The notes beneath the pieces are model-generated. The model saw only the letters and a list, made by a program, of their open reading frames with translations. It was not told the DNA's origin and ran no database searches. Made by a program: the position numbers and the translations under genes. From an uncultured virus (IMG/VR IMGVR_UViG_3300042484_000728) (taxonomy: Duplodnaviria; Heunggongvirae; Uroviricota; Caudoviricetes), in the IMG/VR virus record IMGVR_UViG_3300042484_000728: a DNA stretch of 64,000 nt; one strand, written 5' to 3'. Shown here piece after piece: positions 1 through 9,100 of the stretch; positions within the stretch are counted from its first letter, which is position 1; every line of letters starts with the position of its first letter.

Positions 1-384
1 ACGATAAATTTGTTTAACTTCCATAATAGTATTAGGCAAGATGTACTCTTGTGTTTCTGGATATAAATCTAAAAACGCATAACTTTCTTCTACACTATTA
101 GAGCTCTTTTGGCGATAGCGGATAAGTGCCTGTTTAATACCCATGTCAAAGTGTTCTTTATCAGCTTCAACATCAATCATACCATAGCCCAAGCGTAGAC
201 GGATATAGTCAACGATATCGTTTTGTAGACTTTGTACTGTGGTTAACTGAGCTTGAAGGTTAGCGTCAAACGCAATTTGTCCCGAACCTGAACCTGTATA
301 TGGATTATAAAGGCTATCTGTTAGAAGACTGCCGGTGGCTGTTAGATTGCCTTGTGCTGTAACGTTTGCTGGTAATAAAGACAT
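1..384 (-). CDS. gp13: Neck protein, T4 gp13-like (5' part; continues beyond the window start)
   Basis: Read by hand and absent from the ORF track: ATG at 384, open to position 1 (MSLLPANVTAQG...IVDYIRLRLGYGMIDVEADKEHFDMGIKQALIRYRQKSSNSVEESYAFLDLYPETQEYILP). The 'Y.RLRLG...IDVE' segment resembles gp13-like neck proteins, and an ATAAATA motif lies at 406-412. Confidence 0.7.
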   Translation of the reverse strand, partial: MSLLPANVTAQGNLTATGSLLTDSLYNPYTGSGSGQIAFDANLQAQLTTVQSLQNDIVDYIRLRLGYGMIDVEADKEHFDMGIKQALIRYRQKSSNSVEESYAFLDLYPETQEYILPNTIMEVKQIYR

Positions 385-405
385 TTAAATTATCCTGTTG
401 TTAAG

Positions 406-412
406 TATTTAT
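406..412 (-). promoter_or_regulatory. Late promoter ATAAATA
   Basis: T4 late-promoter-like motif 21 nt upstream of the gp13-like ATG. Confidence 0.6.
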
Positions 413-435
413 CGTTAACAACAGGATAATTTCAC

Positions 436-1632
436 TTATTGGATTTTTAGTAGGACTGTGTCTTCGTTGATACGTCCTGTAAGTTTAACTTCTGTAGTTT
501 TAATGTTTTCTAAAAACTTACGCAGTTCTACTTTATTGGCACTCATAAACTCTTTCAACTGTAGCTCAGGTTTACGTACAGTTTTCTGTGTACTCTTAGC
601 TTCACTATATCCTGTAATAGTAGTACCTTTAACATTTAAGGCGCCGCCTAGTTCTTCTGCTACGTAACGACCGAGTTTACGTGTTTTAGTATTGTATACC
701 CACAATACCTGTGCCCCAATAATATCAACAGGGCTAATGCTTACTAATTTAAGTGTGGCGTCGTTCTTTAGATATTTAAGTTTAGCTACAAGTTTTTCTT
801 TGGCGGGCGGCTTACGTACACTTGCTTTCTTAGTTGCTTTCTTAACCTGACCGTATTGTGTAAATCCATCAAACAAGGCAGTATAGAATGCATCGTAACG
901 TTTCCAATCTGCTGTTTTCATATAAGCATAAGCATCTTTAAGATCTTCATCTTTAGTTGTTTTGGCTTCTTGGATTTCAGCGTAATGACTCTCAAAGATA
1001 GCTACAATTTTACCCAACATAGCCTGCGGAACATTTTTACCTATTAGGTAATCGTATGCTTTAGGATCTACAGTTTTACCTTCGTATAGACTATCTTCCA
1101 ACTCTAAGAAATGCAGTTCATGCTTCTCTGCTATTGCATTCATACGATCTTGTATTGTAGGCGCCTTAACTTCAATCTTAGCGGCCTTTTCTTTAGGATC
1201 AATCTCAACTGTCCGCTCATCTGCGTCATCTAATTCCAATGTCCGATGAACAACACCAATGATATATTTGATATGTCGTGCTAACAGCGGCATACCCTGT
1301 GTATGTGCTTTGATCAGTGCAGGAGCAGTTAACGGAGTGTATCCGTCTGTGCTTTTAGCAAAGCGTGTAATAGTTACAGCATCTAGTTTATGGGCAACAC
1401 CCGCAGTTTGCTTTAACCAATTAACCAAATACTTCTTAAGTTCTTTGCTAGAATAAAAATAGTTATAGTAGCGTAGACTTTGGCGCATATTATGGTCAAA
1501 CTCTGCTTCGTCCATCTTGAGCGCACGTTCGGTATCCCAAACCGGCTCTCCACCCATTGCTTTTTCATCTGCAAAAATAGGGTCTCTGGTTACTTTAGCT
1601 TTCTTCTTTGCACCATCAATTTTAATTGCCAT
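436..1632 (-). CDS. Hypothetical phage protein (398 aa, Lys-rich)
   Basis: Long ORF with an AAGGA SD, overlapping the stop of the upstream small ORF. No recognisable catalytic motif. Confidence 0.8.
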   Translation of the reverse strand: MAIKIDGAKKKAKVTRDPIFADEKAMGGEPVWDTERALKMDEAEFDHNMRQSLRYYNYFYSSKELKKYLVNWLKQTAGVAHKLDAVTITRFAKSTDGYTPLTAPALIKAHTQGMPLLARHIKYIIGVVHRTLELDDADERTVEIDPKEKAAKIEVKAPTIQDRMNAIAEKHELHFLELEDSLYEGKTVDPKAYDYLIGKNVPQAMLGKIVAIFESHYAEIQEAKTTKDEDLKDAYAYMKTADWKRYDAFYTALFDGFTQYGQVKKATKKASVRKPPAKEKLVAKLKYLKNDATLKLVSISPVDIIGAQVLWVYNTKTRKLGRYVAEELGGALNVKGTTITGYSEAKSTQKTVRKPELQLKEFMSANKVELRKFLENIKTTEVKLTGRINEDTVLLKIQ

Positions 1633-1801
1633 TAGCCATTTCCTTTTCTAACTCACGTTTAACCATTTTGTAGGCTGTTTTTGTATAAGGGTCTATGTCA
1701 TCCCATTCACTTTCAACTGCCTTAAGTGCCGCCCATAAGTTACGGACACCGCTCATTTCGCCAAACCCTTGTATTTCTGCGTATGCTTCTTCTATAGTCA
1801 T
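1622..1801 (-). CDS. Small hypothetical protein (59 aa, MTIEEAY...)
   Basis: The track ORF starts at 1837, but that start overlaps a consensus promoter. The ATG at 1801 lies 7 nt after the -10 box. Confidence 0.6.
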   Translation of the reverse strand: MTIEEAYAEIQGFGEMSGVRNLWAALKAVESEWDDIDPYTKTAYKMVKRELEKEMANGN

Positions 1802-1808
1802 TATTAAC

Positions 1809-1837
1809 ATTATATAGCCTTTTTGGTAATTTGTCAA
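1809..1837 (-). promoter_or_regulatory. Sigma70-type early promoter TTGACA-N17-TATAAT
   Basis: Perfect consensus on the minus strand: -35 at 1837-1832, -10 at 1814-1809. Confidence 0.85.
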
Positions 1838-2103
1838 CCCGTTAGTAACACAGCAAACGTTATCATACGTTCATAGTTTGCTATCTCTTCATTGACTTTG
1901 TCAACTAATTCTTTATGTAGCCTAGTTTGCTTCTGGTATCTACGACAATTGATTTCTTCTTTACTTATATCTTTAACCATTAGCCCAATATTATGACTGA
2001 TATTCCACATTTCATGACTATACTTCTTCATACTGTGTATAGGCGCTTCTATGCGTTTTTGTACATCTGGCCAATCTATACTAGTCTGTATCTTATTCTC
2101 CAT
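1834..2103 (-). CDS. Small hypothetical protein (89 aa)
   Basis: ORF directly after a consensus sigma70 promoter. Confidence 0.7.
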   Translation of the reverse strand: MENKIQTSIDWPDVQKRIEAPIHSMKKYSHEMWNISHNIGLMVKDISKEEINCRRYQKQTRLHKELVDKVNEEIANYERMITFAVLLTG

Positions 2104-2109
2104 TTTCGT

Positions 2110-2138
2110 ATTATAGCATCTATTTGGTGCGTTGTCAA
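2110..2138 (-). promoter_or_regulatory. Sigma70-type early promoter TTGACA-N17-TATAAT
   Basis: Perfect consensus: -35 at 2138-2133, -10 at 2115-2110, then 6 nt to the ATG at 2103. Confidence 0.85.
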
Positions 2139-2144
2139 GAGACG

Positions 2145-2151
2145 ATAAATA
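2145..2151 (+). promoter_or_regulatory. Late promoter ATAAATA
   Basis: Upstream of the AGGA SD and the gp14-like ATG at 2173. Confidence 0.6.
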
Positions 2152-2172
2152 CTAGATAATTAGGAATTACTA

Positions 2173-3627
2173 ATGCCACGTTTAAGTTTGTACCGTCCTA
2201 CCAAAGGTAGCGATTATCAGTTTTTTGATAAGACCATCAGTGAAATGTTCACTGTGGGCGGTGTTGATATCAATCTTCACAAGTATCTAGGCCCACAGAA
2301 CACTGGTAATATCAGTGCTACAGAGGCTGGTGGTACTAGTATCACTAGTATTCAGGACATGCTGTTCTTAGAAAACCGTGACCGCAAGTATGACACTAGT
2401 GTTTATACCATGCGTACACAGTTCCGTGTCAACGACAGTGACTTTGATCTTACACAGTTTGGTCTATTCTTAACCGGCGATACTATATTTGCTACATTTC
2501 ATCTAAATGACATGATTGACACGCTTGGCCGTAAGATTATGGTAGGTGATGTGTTAGAAATGCCGTTCCTTAAAGACTTTTATCCTTTAGATGATACTAT
2601 TAGTGTAGCACTAAAACGTTTTTATGTAGTGCAAGATGCTACCCGAGCTGCAGAGGGATTTAGTCCGTTATGGTATCCGCATCTATGGCGTGTTAAACTA
2701 GCACCGTTAGTGGATAGCCAAGAGTACAAAGATATTCTTAATAACATTGACATGAATGGTGACGGTGTTATCGATGCAGACGACCAAGCACTTGGTAATT
2801 TGTTAAGCACCTACAACAAACTTATCAGTATCAATGATGCTGTTGTACAACGTGCAGAAGCTGATGTACCCGCAAGCGGTTACGATACTAGTACTATCTA
2901 TACAGAAGCAGTTGACGCAAACGGTAATCCTGTAGATCCTAGTGCTCCGGATGCAAGTACTGCTGCACATATTGTAAACGGGCAAGTAGTAGATGCTAGT
3001 TCTACTGTAGACGATGCTAGTTACCAAACTATTACTTCACCAACTAAGGTAGAAGGTTACTTAACAGGCGATGGCTTACCACCTAACGGTGCTAGTGTAG
3101 CTGCTGGATTAAGTTTCCCATTGGGGCCAAATCTAGGTGATTTCTACTTGCGCTTAGATTATGTGCCTAATAGACTATTCCGTTATGATGGTCGTCGTTG
3201 GGTTAAGGTAGAGGATGCGGTGAGAACAAACTTAACACCAGGTATAAACAACACTACTCAACGCAGTGGTTTTATAAACAACCCTGGCAAATTTATGAGT
3301 AATGCAGCGGCATGGGACGCAATACGTGTTTCAAGTCCGTATACTCCGCCAGCAAACGCAGCCACAGTATCATTTACTCTAAGCAACGTAAATCCATACG
3401 GTACTGTATTGACTAATGTACGTTACGTGACCACTTACGGAGTACGCACTAATCTAAATGGGTTACCTATTACTAGCACTATGGCTAATACCGGCGGCAA
3501 TATATCATTTACTGTATCGAGTGTACTAAAAGTAGGCGACGTATTAGAATATTCAGTCTACACTCATGTAATTAACGAACGTCAGAGCTTAAGTCAAGCC
3601 CTGCGTCCATCAGCGGATAACTTATAA
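2173..3627 (+). CDS. gp14: Neck/head-completion protein, T4 gp14-like, with C-terminal extension
   Basis: N-terminal half 'LFLENRDRKYD...FDLTQFGLFL...GDVLEMP' resembles gp14-type neck proteins. It lies immediately before the gp15-like gene. Confidence 0.6.
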   Translation: MPRLSLYRPTKGSDYQFFDKTISEMFTVGGVDINLHKYLGPQNTGNISATEAGGTSITSIQDMLFLENRDRKYDTSVYTMRTQFRVNDSDFDLTQFGLFLTGDTIFATFHLNDMIDTLGRKIMVGDVLEMPFLKDFYPLDDTISVALKRFYVVQDATRAAEGFSPLWYPHLWRVKLAPLVDSQEYKDILNNIDMNGDGVIDADDQALGNLLSTYNKLISINDAVVQRAEADVPASGYDTSTIYTEAVDANGNPVDPSAPDASTAAHIVNGQVVDASSTVDDASYQTITSPTKVEGYLTGDGLPPNGASVAAGLSFPLGPNLGDFYLRLDYVPNRLFRYDGRRWVKVEDAVRTNLTPGINNTTQRSGFINNPGKFMSNAAAWDAIRVSSPYTPPANAATVSFTLSNVNPYGTVLTNVRYVTTYGVRTNLNGLPITSTMANTGGNISFTVSSVLKVGDVLEYSVYTHVINERQSLSQALRPSADNL

Positions 3628-5039
3628 TGGCTATAGCAAATCAGCAATTTTTTTATGATGCTCAGATTGAACGCTTCTTAGCGCAGTTCATTCGTATAGT
3701 TTCAGGCTTTCAAGTAGAGTTTGGTGCAGATCGAAATGGCAATTTGGCCTATCAACGTGTGCCTGTATACTGGGGTGACAGTAGTCGCCAAGTACAGATG
3801 ATTATTAATCAAAATGCAAGTGGTAGTGTTATGCCTACTGTGCCTGCTATGACTGTGTACATCAACGGTATTTCCTACGATCGCGATCGTGTTCAACAAC
3901 CAGACTTCGTTGGTAAAATGAATATTCGCGAACGTTACTACAACGAACAAACACAAGAGTATGAAAATAGACAAGGTAATGCGTTTACTATCGAGCGGAT
4001 GATGCCTGTTCCTTATACTTTAGAACTTAAATTAGATATCTGGACTAGCAACACTAAACAGAAATTACAATTAATTGAACAATTGCAGGTATTGTTTAAT
4101 CCTGCATTAGAAATACAAAGCACCGATAATTACATTGATTGGACTAGCCTTAGTGTTGTGTATTTAGACAATATTAGTTGGACTAGCCGCAGTGTACCGA
4201 TTGGTACAGAAAACCCAATCGACATTGCCACGCTTACATTTAAATTACCCGTGTGGATTAGCCCCCCTGCTAAAGTTAAGAAACTTGGCGTTATTCAAAA
4301 AATTATTGCTAGTATACACAACGATAGCGGCGATCTAAGCGAAAGCATACTCAACGACGACAATTTGTTAGGCAATCGTCAATATTTTACTCCATTGATG
4401 TACGGTGTACTATTAATTAATAATACATTAACTTTACTTAAAGTCAGCGAGGTTACTGATCCTAGAAACCCAGGGGTTCAAATAACTCCTACTAAGGTAG
4501 GAACTAAAGATATATGGAGTAGTTTAATCAATGTCTATGGTGAATTGCAAAATGGTATTAGTCAAGTCAGACTATTGCAAGAAGATGGCATAACCGAAGT
4601 TATTGGTACCGTTAGCTATCATCCAACAGACGATACTCAGTTGATTTTCAACGTCGACATAGATACTAAACCAGGTAATACATTGTCTGCCATTGATGCA
4701 ATTATTAATCCTATTAATGTTACCCCTGCAAGCATTGCTAATCCTACAGTAGGTACACGATATCTACTATTACACGATATTGGTAGTTATAACAATGCAC
4801 CAGGCGATGGTGCGATTGCTTGGCGCGGTGCAGACGGGACTGACCTGGTAGCGCATGCTAATGATATTATTCAATATAATGGCAGTCGTTGGATTGTATC
4901 ATTTGACAGCCGTAGCGATACGAGTTTACAATATGTAAGTAACCTGACTACAGGTATTCAATATAAATGGAATGGCGATCAATGGCTAAAAAGTTTCGAG
5001 GGCGAGTACAAAGAGGGACTTTGGACTCTAGTCTTATAG
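3627..5039 (+). CDS. gp15: Tail sheath stabiliser/tail terminator, T4 gp15-like
   Basis: 'FFYDAQIERF...VPVYWG...PVPYTLELKLDIWT..KLQLIEQ...FNP' is typical of the gp15 family. Translationally coupled (TAATG) to gp14-like. Confidence 0.7.
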   Translation: MAIANQQFFYDAQIERFLAQFIRIVSGFQVEFGADRNGNLAYQRVPVYWGDSSRQVQMIINQNASGSVMPTVPAMTVYINGISYDRDRVQQPDFVGKMNIRERYYNEQTQEYENRQGNAFTIERMMPVPYTLELKLDIWTSNTKQKLQLIEQLQVLFNPALEIQSTDNYIDWTSLSVVYLDNISWTSRSVPIGTENPIDIATLTFKLPVWISPPAKVKKLGVIQKIIASIHNDSGDLSESILNDDNLLGNRQYFTPLMYGVLLINNTLTLLKVSEVTDPRNPGVQITPTKVGTKDIWSSLINVYGELQNGISQVRLLQEDGITEVIGTVSYHPTDDTQLIFNVDIDTKPGNTLSAIDAIINPINVTPASIANPTVGTRYLLLHDIGSYNNAPGDGAIAWRGADGTDLVAHANDIIQYNGSRWIVSFDSRSDTSLQYVSNLTTGIQYKWNGDQWLKSFEGEYKEGLWTLVL

Positions 5040-5449
5040 AAGGTGTAGGTACTTTTATCTATAGTACTAGCACTCAACGTTATCTTTTCTTATTACGTAA
5101 TAGCAAAAAATATGCAGGCACCTGGGGGTTAGGTGGTGGCGGAATTGAAGCTGGCGAAAATTTACTGTCTAGCCTATATCGCGAATTAGACGAAGAGCTA
5201 GGCTATGACTTTTCAGAAACTAAAGTTATCCCTATTGAAAAATTTACCAGCGACAACGGCCATTTCAACTATCACACTTTCCTTATTGCCATTGACGAAG
5301 AATTTGTTCCTATTTTAAATAGCGAACATCGTGGATATTGCTGGGTAGAATTAGAAGATCATCCAAAACCCCTACATCCTGGGGTTTGGCGTACTATTAA
5401 TTTTGCTAGTGTTGTTGATAAAATTAAGACGTTAGAAGCAGTCTTATAG
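4967..5449 (+). CDS. Nudix hydrolase
   Basis: Nudix box G-GIEAG-E-NLLSSLY-RELDEELGY. The true start may be the TTG at 5021. Confidence 0.85.
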   Translation: MEWRSMAKKFRGRVQRGTLDSSLIEGVGTFIYSTSTQRYLFLLRNSKKYAGTWGLGGGGIEAGENLLSSLYRELDEELGYDFSETKVIPIEKFTSDNGHFNYHTFLIAIDEEFVPILNSEHRGYCWVELEDHPKPLHPGVWRTINFASVVDKIKTLEAVL

Positions 5450-6178
5450 ATCGCACTCTAATACAAGCTGTCTGAACGTAATCTGTCTAAAATTCAAACA
5501 AGGTTTAAGTTCTTCTGGGATTAGATTAGTACCTTTTGGTGTTACCCATACAAAGTCTACATCATCGTAGGTATCAATTAATTTTTTATGATTTGAAATC
5601 CATTCGCTATGCTCTATAGTAGCATTTTTAGGATCGTATCCTGTGGTACCAGCATAGACATTATTATTCCAACCCGGCTCGTGTCCGTCGAATCCTATTA
5701 AATAGATTTTTTTGTGTTCATCGAATGCAGCAATATATGCGGCTGTGGTTCCAGCATCAGCATAGACGTCATATGGTATTAGATAAAATTTACCCGGAAA
5801 TTCCAATAAGTGAATAGCACTAGAATATACTATATTCTCGTTCGTATAACTACTGCCCGCTATTTCATCTACAATACCGTTGTTTCCGACTGCTACTAAA
5901 AAATCAGGAGTAAAATCTCTATATAGTGCATTACACCCGTAGGTTTGAACTGTTCTTGCACCTAATAGGCCACTGGCTTTTTTAAAATTTTGTAGGTCGA
6001 ATCCTAAGCGATTGACACCGTTACCTATGACTACCGCAGTATTAGAAATTTGTCTGTTAGTCACACGATTGGGTACATTCTCAGTGACAGTTTTCCACAC
6101 ACCACCATTTAGACTGCGTTCAACGATGATATCTTCACCGGTATACCCTCGACGATACTTCTTATTTAGATGTAACAT
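5444..6178 (-). CDS. Rossmann-like protein, possibly a DUF115/Maf or sialyltransferase-like glycosyltransferase
   Basis: Motifs 'AVVIGNG', 'YGCNALYRDFTPDFLVA', 'AAYIAA...KIYLIGFD'. Last gene of the minus-strand fibre operon. Confidence 0.5.
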   Translation of the reverse strand: MLHLNKKYRRGYTGEDIIVERSLNGGVWKTVTENVPNRVTNRQISNTAVVIGNGVNRLGFDLQNFKKASGLLGARTVQTYGCNALYRDFTPDFLVAVGNNGIVDEIAGSSYTNENIVYSSAIHLLEFPGKFYLIPYDVYADAGTTAAYIAAFDEHKKIYLIGFDGHEPGWNNNVYAGTTGYDPKNATIEHSEWISNHKKLIDTYDDVDFVWVTPKGTNLIPEELKPCLNFRQITFRQLVLECDL

Positions 6179-6187
6179 TGATCACCT

Positions 6188-9100
6188 TTATACTATGTAT
6201 GTTCCCATTGCTTTAACGTTTGCATTAGTTACGTTTGTTGTAGTTGTAAAGTACACTTGTACATTGCCACCAACCACGTTAGCTGTTAATCCGCCCATAT
6301 CAATACCGTTGCTTACTACAGCGTAGGTTGTCATATAGGCATTACCAGCACCATCAGTGGTTACAATGGATTCCATACTTTGGAAGTTTGTAGCTCCTTT
6401 CTTAGCACTAACTAAGAACTTGGCTGTAGTATACGCTGTTTGGCTGTAGGTTGCGATAACGTATGGTGTATTGTTAGCCACAATATTAACTGCATTTTGT
6501 GTGTAGGTTATTTTATTATTATCTAATAAATTAACATCGCCGACTTGATTTACAAGTATACGCTGGGTTGTTGTGCTTGTACCTGTCCAAATTTGAACAC
6601 CGTCGTTGCCCGCAATAACTTGGTTTAGACCGTTACCGTTAGCAAGTGCACCAATTGTCGACGTAGTTGCTAATACACGAACGTCAATTACGTCTGTTGG
6701 TGCTGGCGGTTCTGTAAATGTTAATGTTGAATTAGTTACGTCGTATGCTAATACTGGGAACTGCATTACACCGTTGATACTTACAAGAGTAGCTGATGTT
6801 GTGCTGTTAGCTTGTATTGTAAATGTTGTGTTAGTGCCGTCAACGTTACCGTATGACCCAGCGTTACCTGCAAATTGGCGGTCACTGATAATGGTAAACA
6901 CAGAACCTGCTGTTTGCCATTGTGTACCGTCGTAGAATTCCATGTTTTGAATAGTAGTATTGAATCGCACCATACCAGCCAGGTCAATATTACCTGTTGC
7001 ACCCGGACGTTGGCCTGTACTACCAATTGGCAATAGCATTGAGTCTACACCGTTAATTTTTAGTGTACTACCCAATTGCGGAGCAACATTACTACCACCA
7101 ATGACCACTGCACCTTGTGCTGTGTCGGCGTAGATTAAGCTAGTTGTAGCAACACCTTTAACTTGGAATGGATCTGCTGTTTGACTATTATTGATTACTG
7201 CGCCGCCGCCTGCACGGATGTTGCCGCCAATACCCACCCCGCCATCTACACGCAATGCACCAGTATTAGGTGTTGTAGCTACTGTGGTGTATTTTAACCA
7301 AGCGTTACCGGTTGTGCCTATATTACCATGGAAGCGCATAACTTCGGCAGAGCTATCAAAACTTCCCACACCAATTATAATATCATTATACGTACCATTT
7401 TCACTTGTTGCTAATACTAAGTTGCCGCCCCGGCCATTGCTAGGTTTTACAAAGAAATAGCCGTCATTTTGTTTTGTGATTGTATAATTTGGGTCTGCAA
7501 ACGCATTACCAGTGAAGCCCATGTCTGCCCAGGCGACACCGTCATTACCATCGGCGGCATACGCAGCAAAGTCAGTTGATCCGCGATTGTCTGTGTTTAA
7601 TAGTGCAGACTGTACGTAAAATTCGTTAGCATCAGCTCCTGCAAAGATTATCGATTCAAAGCCTGCTGTTACTTCGTATGCTATTGGTCCAGCAAATATA
7701 TGGTCTCTAGAGATGATATTCCCTACAGTAGTAATGCCGCCATTTGGTACATTAATAGCGCCGTTACCATATCCGTTTGTATCAACTGTAGCATTAGCAA
7801 ATAATGCACCACCAACGATCATACCCGCTTTAACCGCGGCGCCACCTGCGACCGTTAATGCCGCACTAGTTGTAGTTGTAGCATCACGTGTACCGTTTAC
7901 GTTAGCATTGTTTTGTATAAACAAGCTATCGTTTCGTACAATTAAGTTGCCGCTGTTGGTAGCGCCAACAGTTAATGTTGTTGCAGCCCCAAATGCGTTT
8001 ACAGTTGTAGCGATTGTGTTATAAACGTTTTGTGTTGTTTGTGTACCAACTAGTGTTGGGTTTTGAATAGTTGTAGTACCAACGTTAGCACCTAAGATAA
8101 CATTTGCTAGAATTAATACGTTAGCATTTGTAGCACTTTGAGTGAATATGTTTAAGTTTGTTTGTTCACCATCTAATGTTGTTGCATTTGGTAGCCAAAT
8201 GTTAGCATTACGTAAGTGGACAACCCCTGTTGTAGCACCTACCACTAAAGTGGTCGCTGCACCTGCAAAATTAAGTGTTGATGCAGTTGTATTGTATAGG
8301 GTTTGTGTTGCCTGTGTACCAACTACAGTAGGATTACCAATAGTTAGTGTACCGCTGTTAGGGCCAATGTTCAGTGTTGTTGCACCTTCAAACGCATCAA
8401 CTGTCGATGGTGTATTCAATAATAAGAAATTAGTTGAAGTTGTTTCGTGATATGCGTCACCTTGCCATATATTGCCTGCAACTCCAATACCACCCGCTAC
8501 TACTATTGCACCAGTTGTTGTGTTAGTTGTTGCTGTTGTACTATTTGCCCAAATACCTTCGCTTGCACGCAAGGTAGTAAATGCACCAGTACTTGCTGTA
8601 GCATTACCTATTGGTGTGCTGTTAATTGCAGCAAATTGTGCTAAGCCGCCAATCACGTTACCGTTAAATGCAGCTGTTGTTCCTGTAAATACTGCGCCAA
8701 CATTACCAAATAATGATGCAGAAATATTACCTATTACTGCGTCATCTGCTGTAATAAAGTTACTTAAAATATTAAGTGCAAGGATATTGCTGCCTACATT
8801 TAAGTTTCCCGTTACTGATCCGTTTCCATTGACAGTTACCGCATCGAATACCCCAGCTTGCGCTAGTACATTACCTGTAGTGTTAACCTGTCCAGCATTT
8901 AACTGTGCTGTCATTATGTTACCAGTTACGTTTAAGAATCCGGTAACACTTTCATTACCGTTAACGGTTGTAGCATTGAATATACCAGCGGCTGCTAATA
9001 CATTACCTGTTAGATTAATACTTGCGCCAGTGTACACAGTTCCCGTGTTACCTACAAAACCTGCAGCCACATTGCCAAAAGTAGCCTCATCTGCGGTTAC

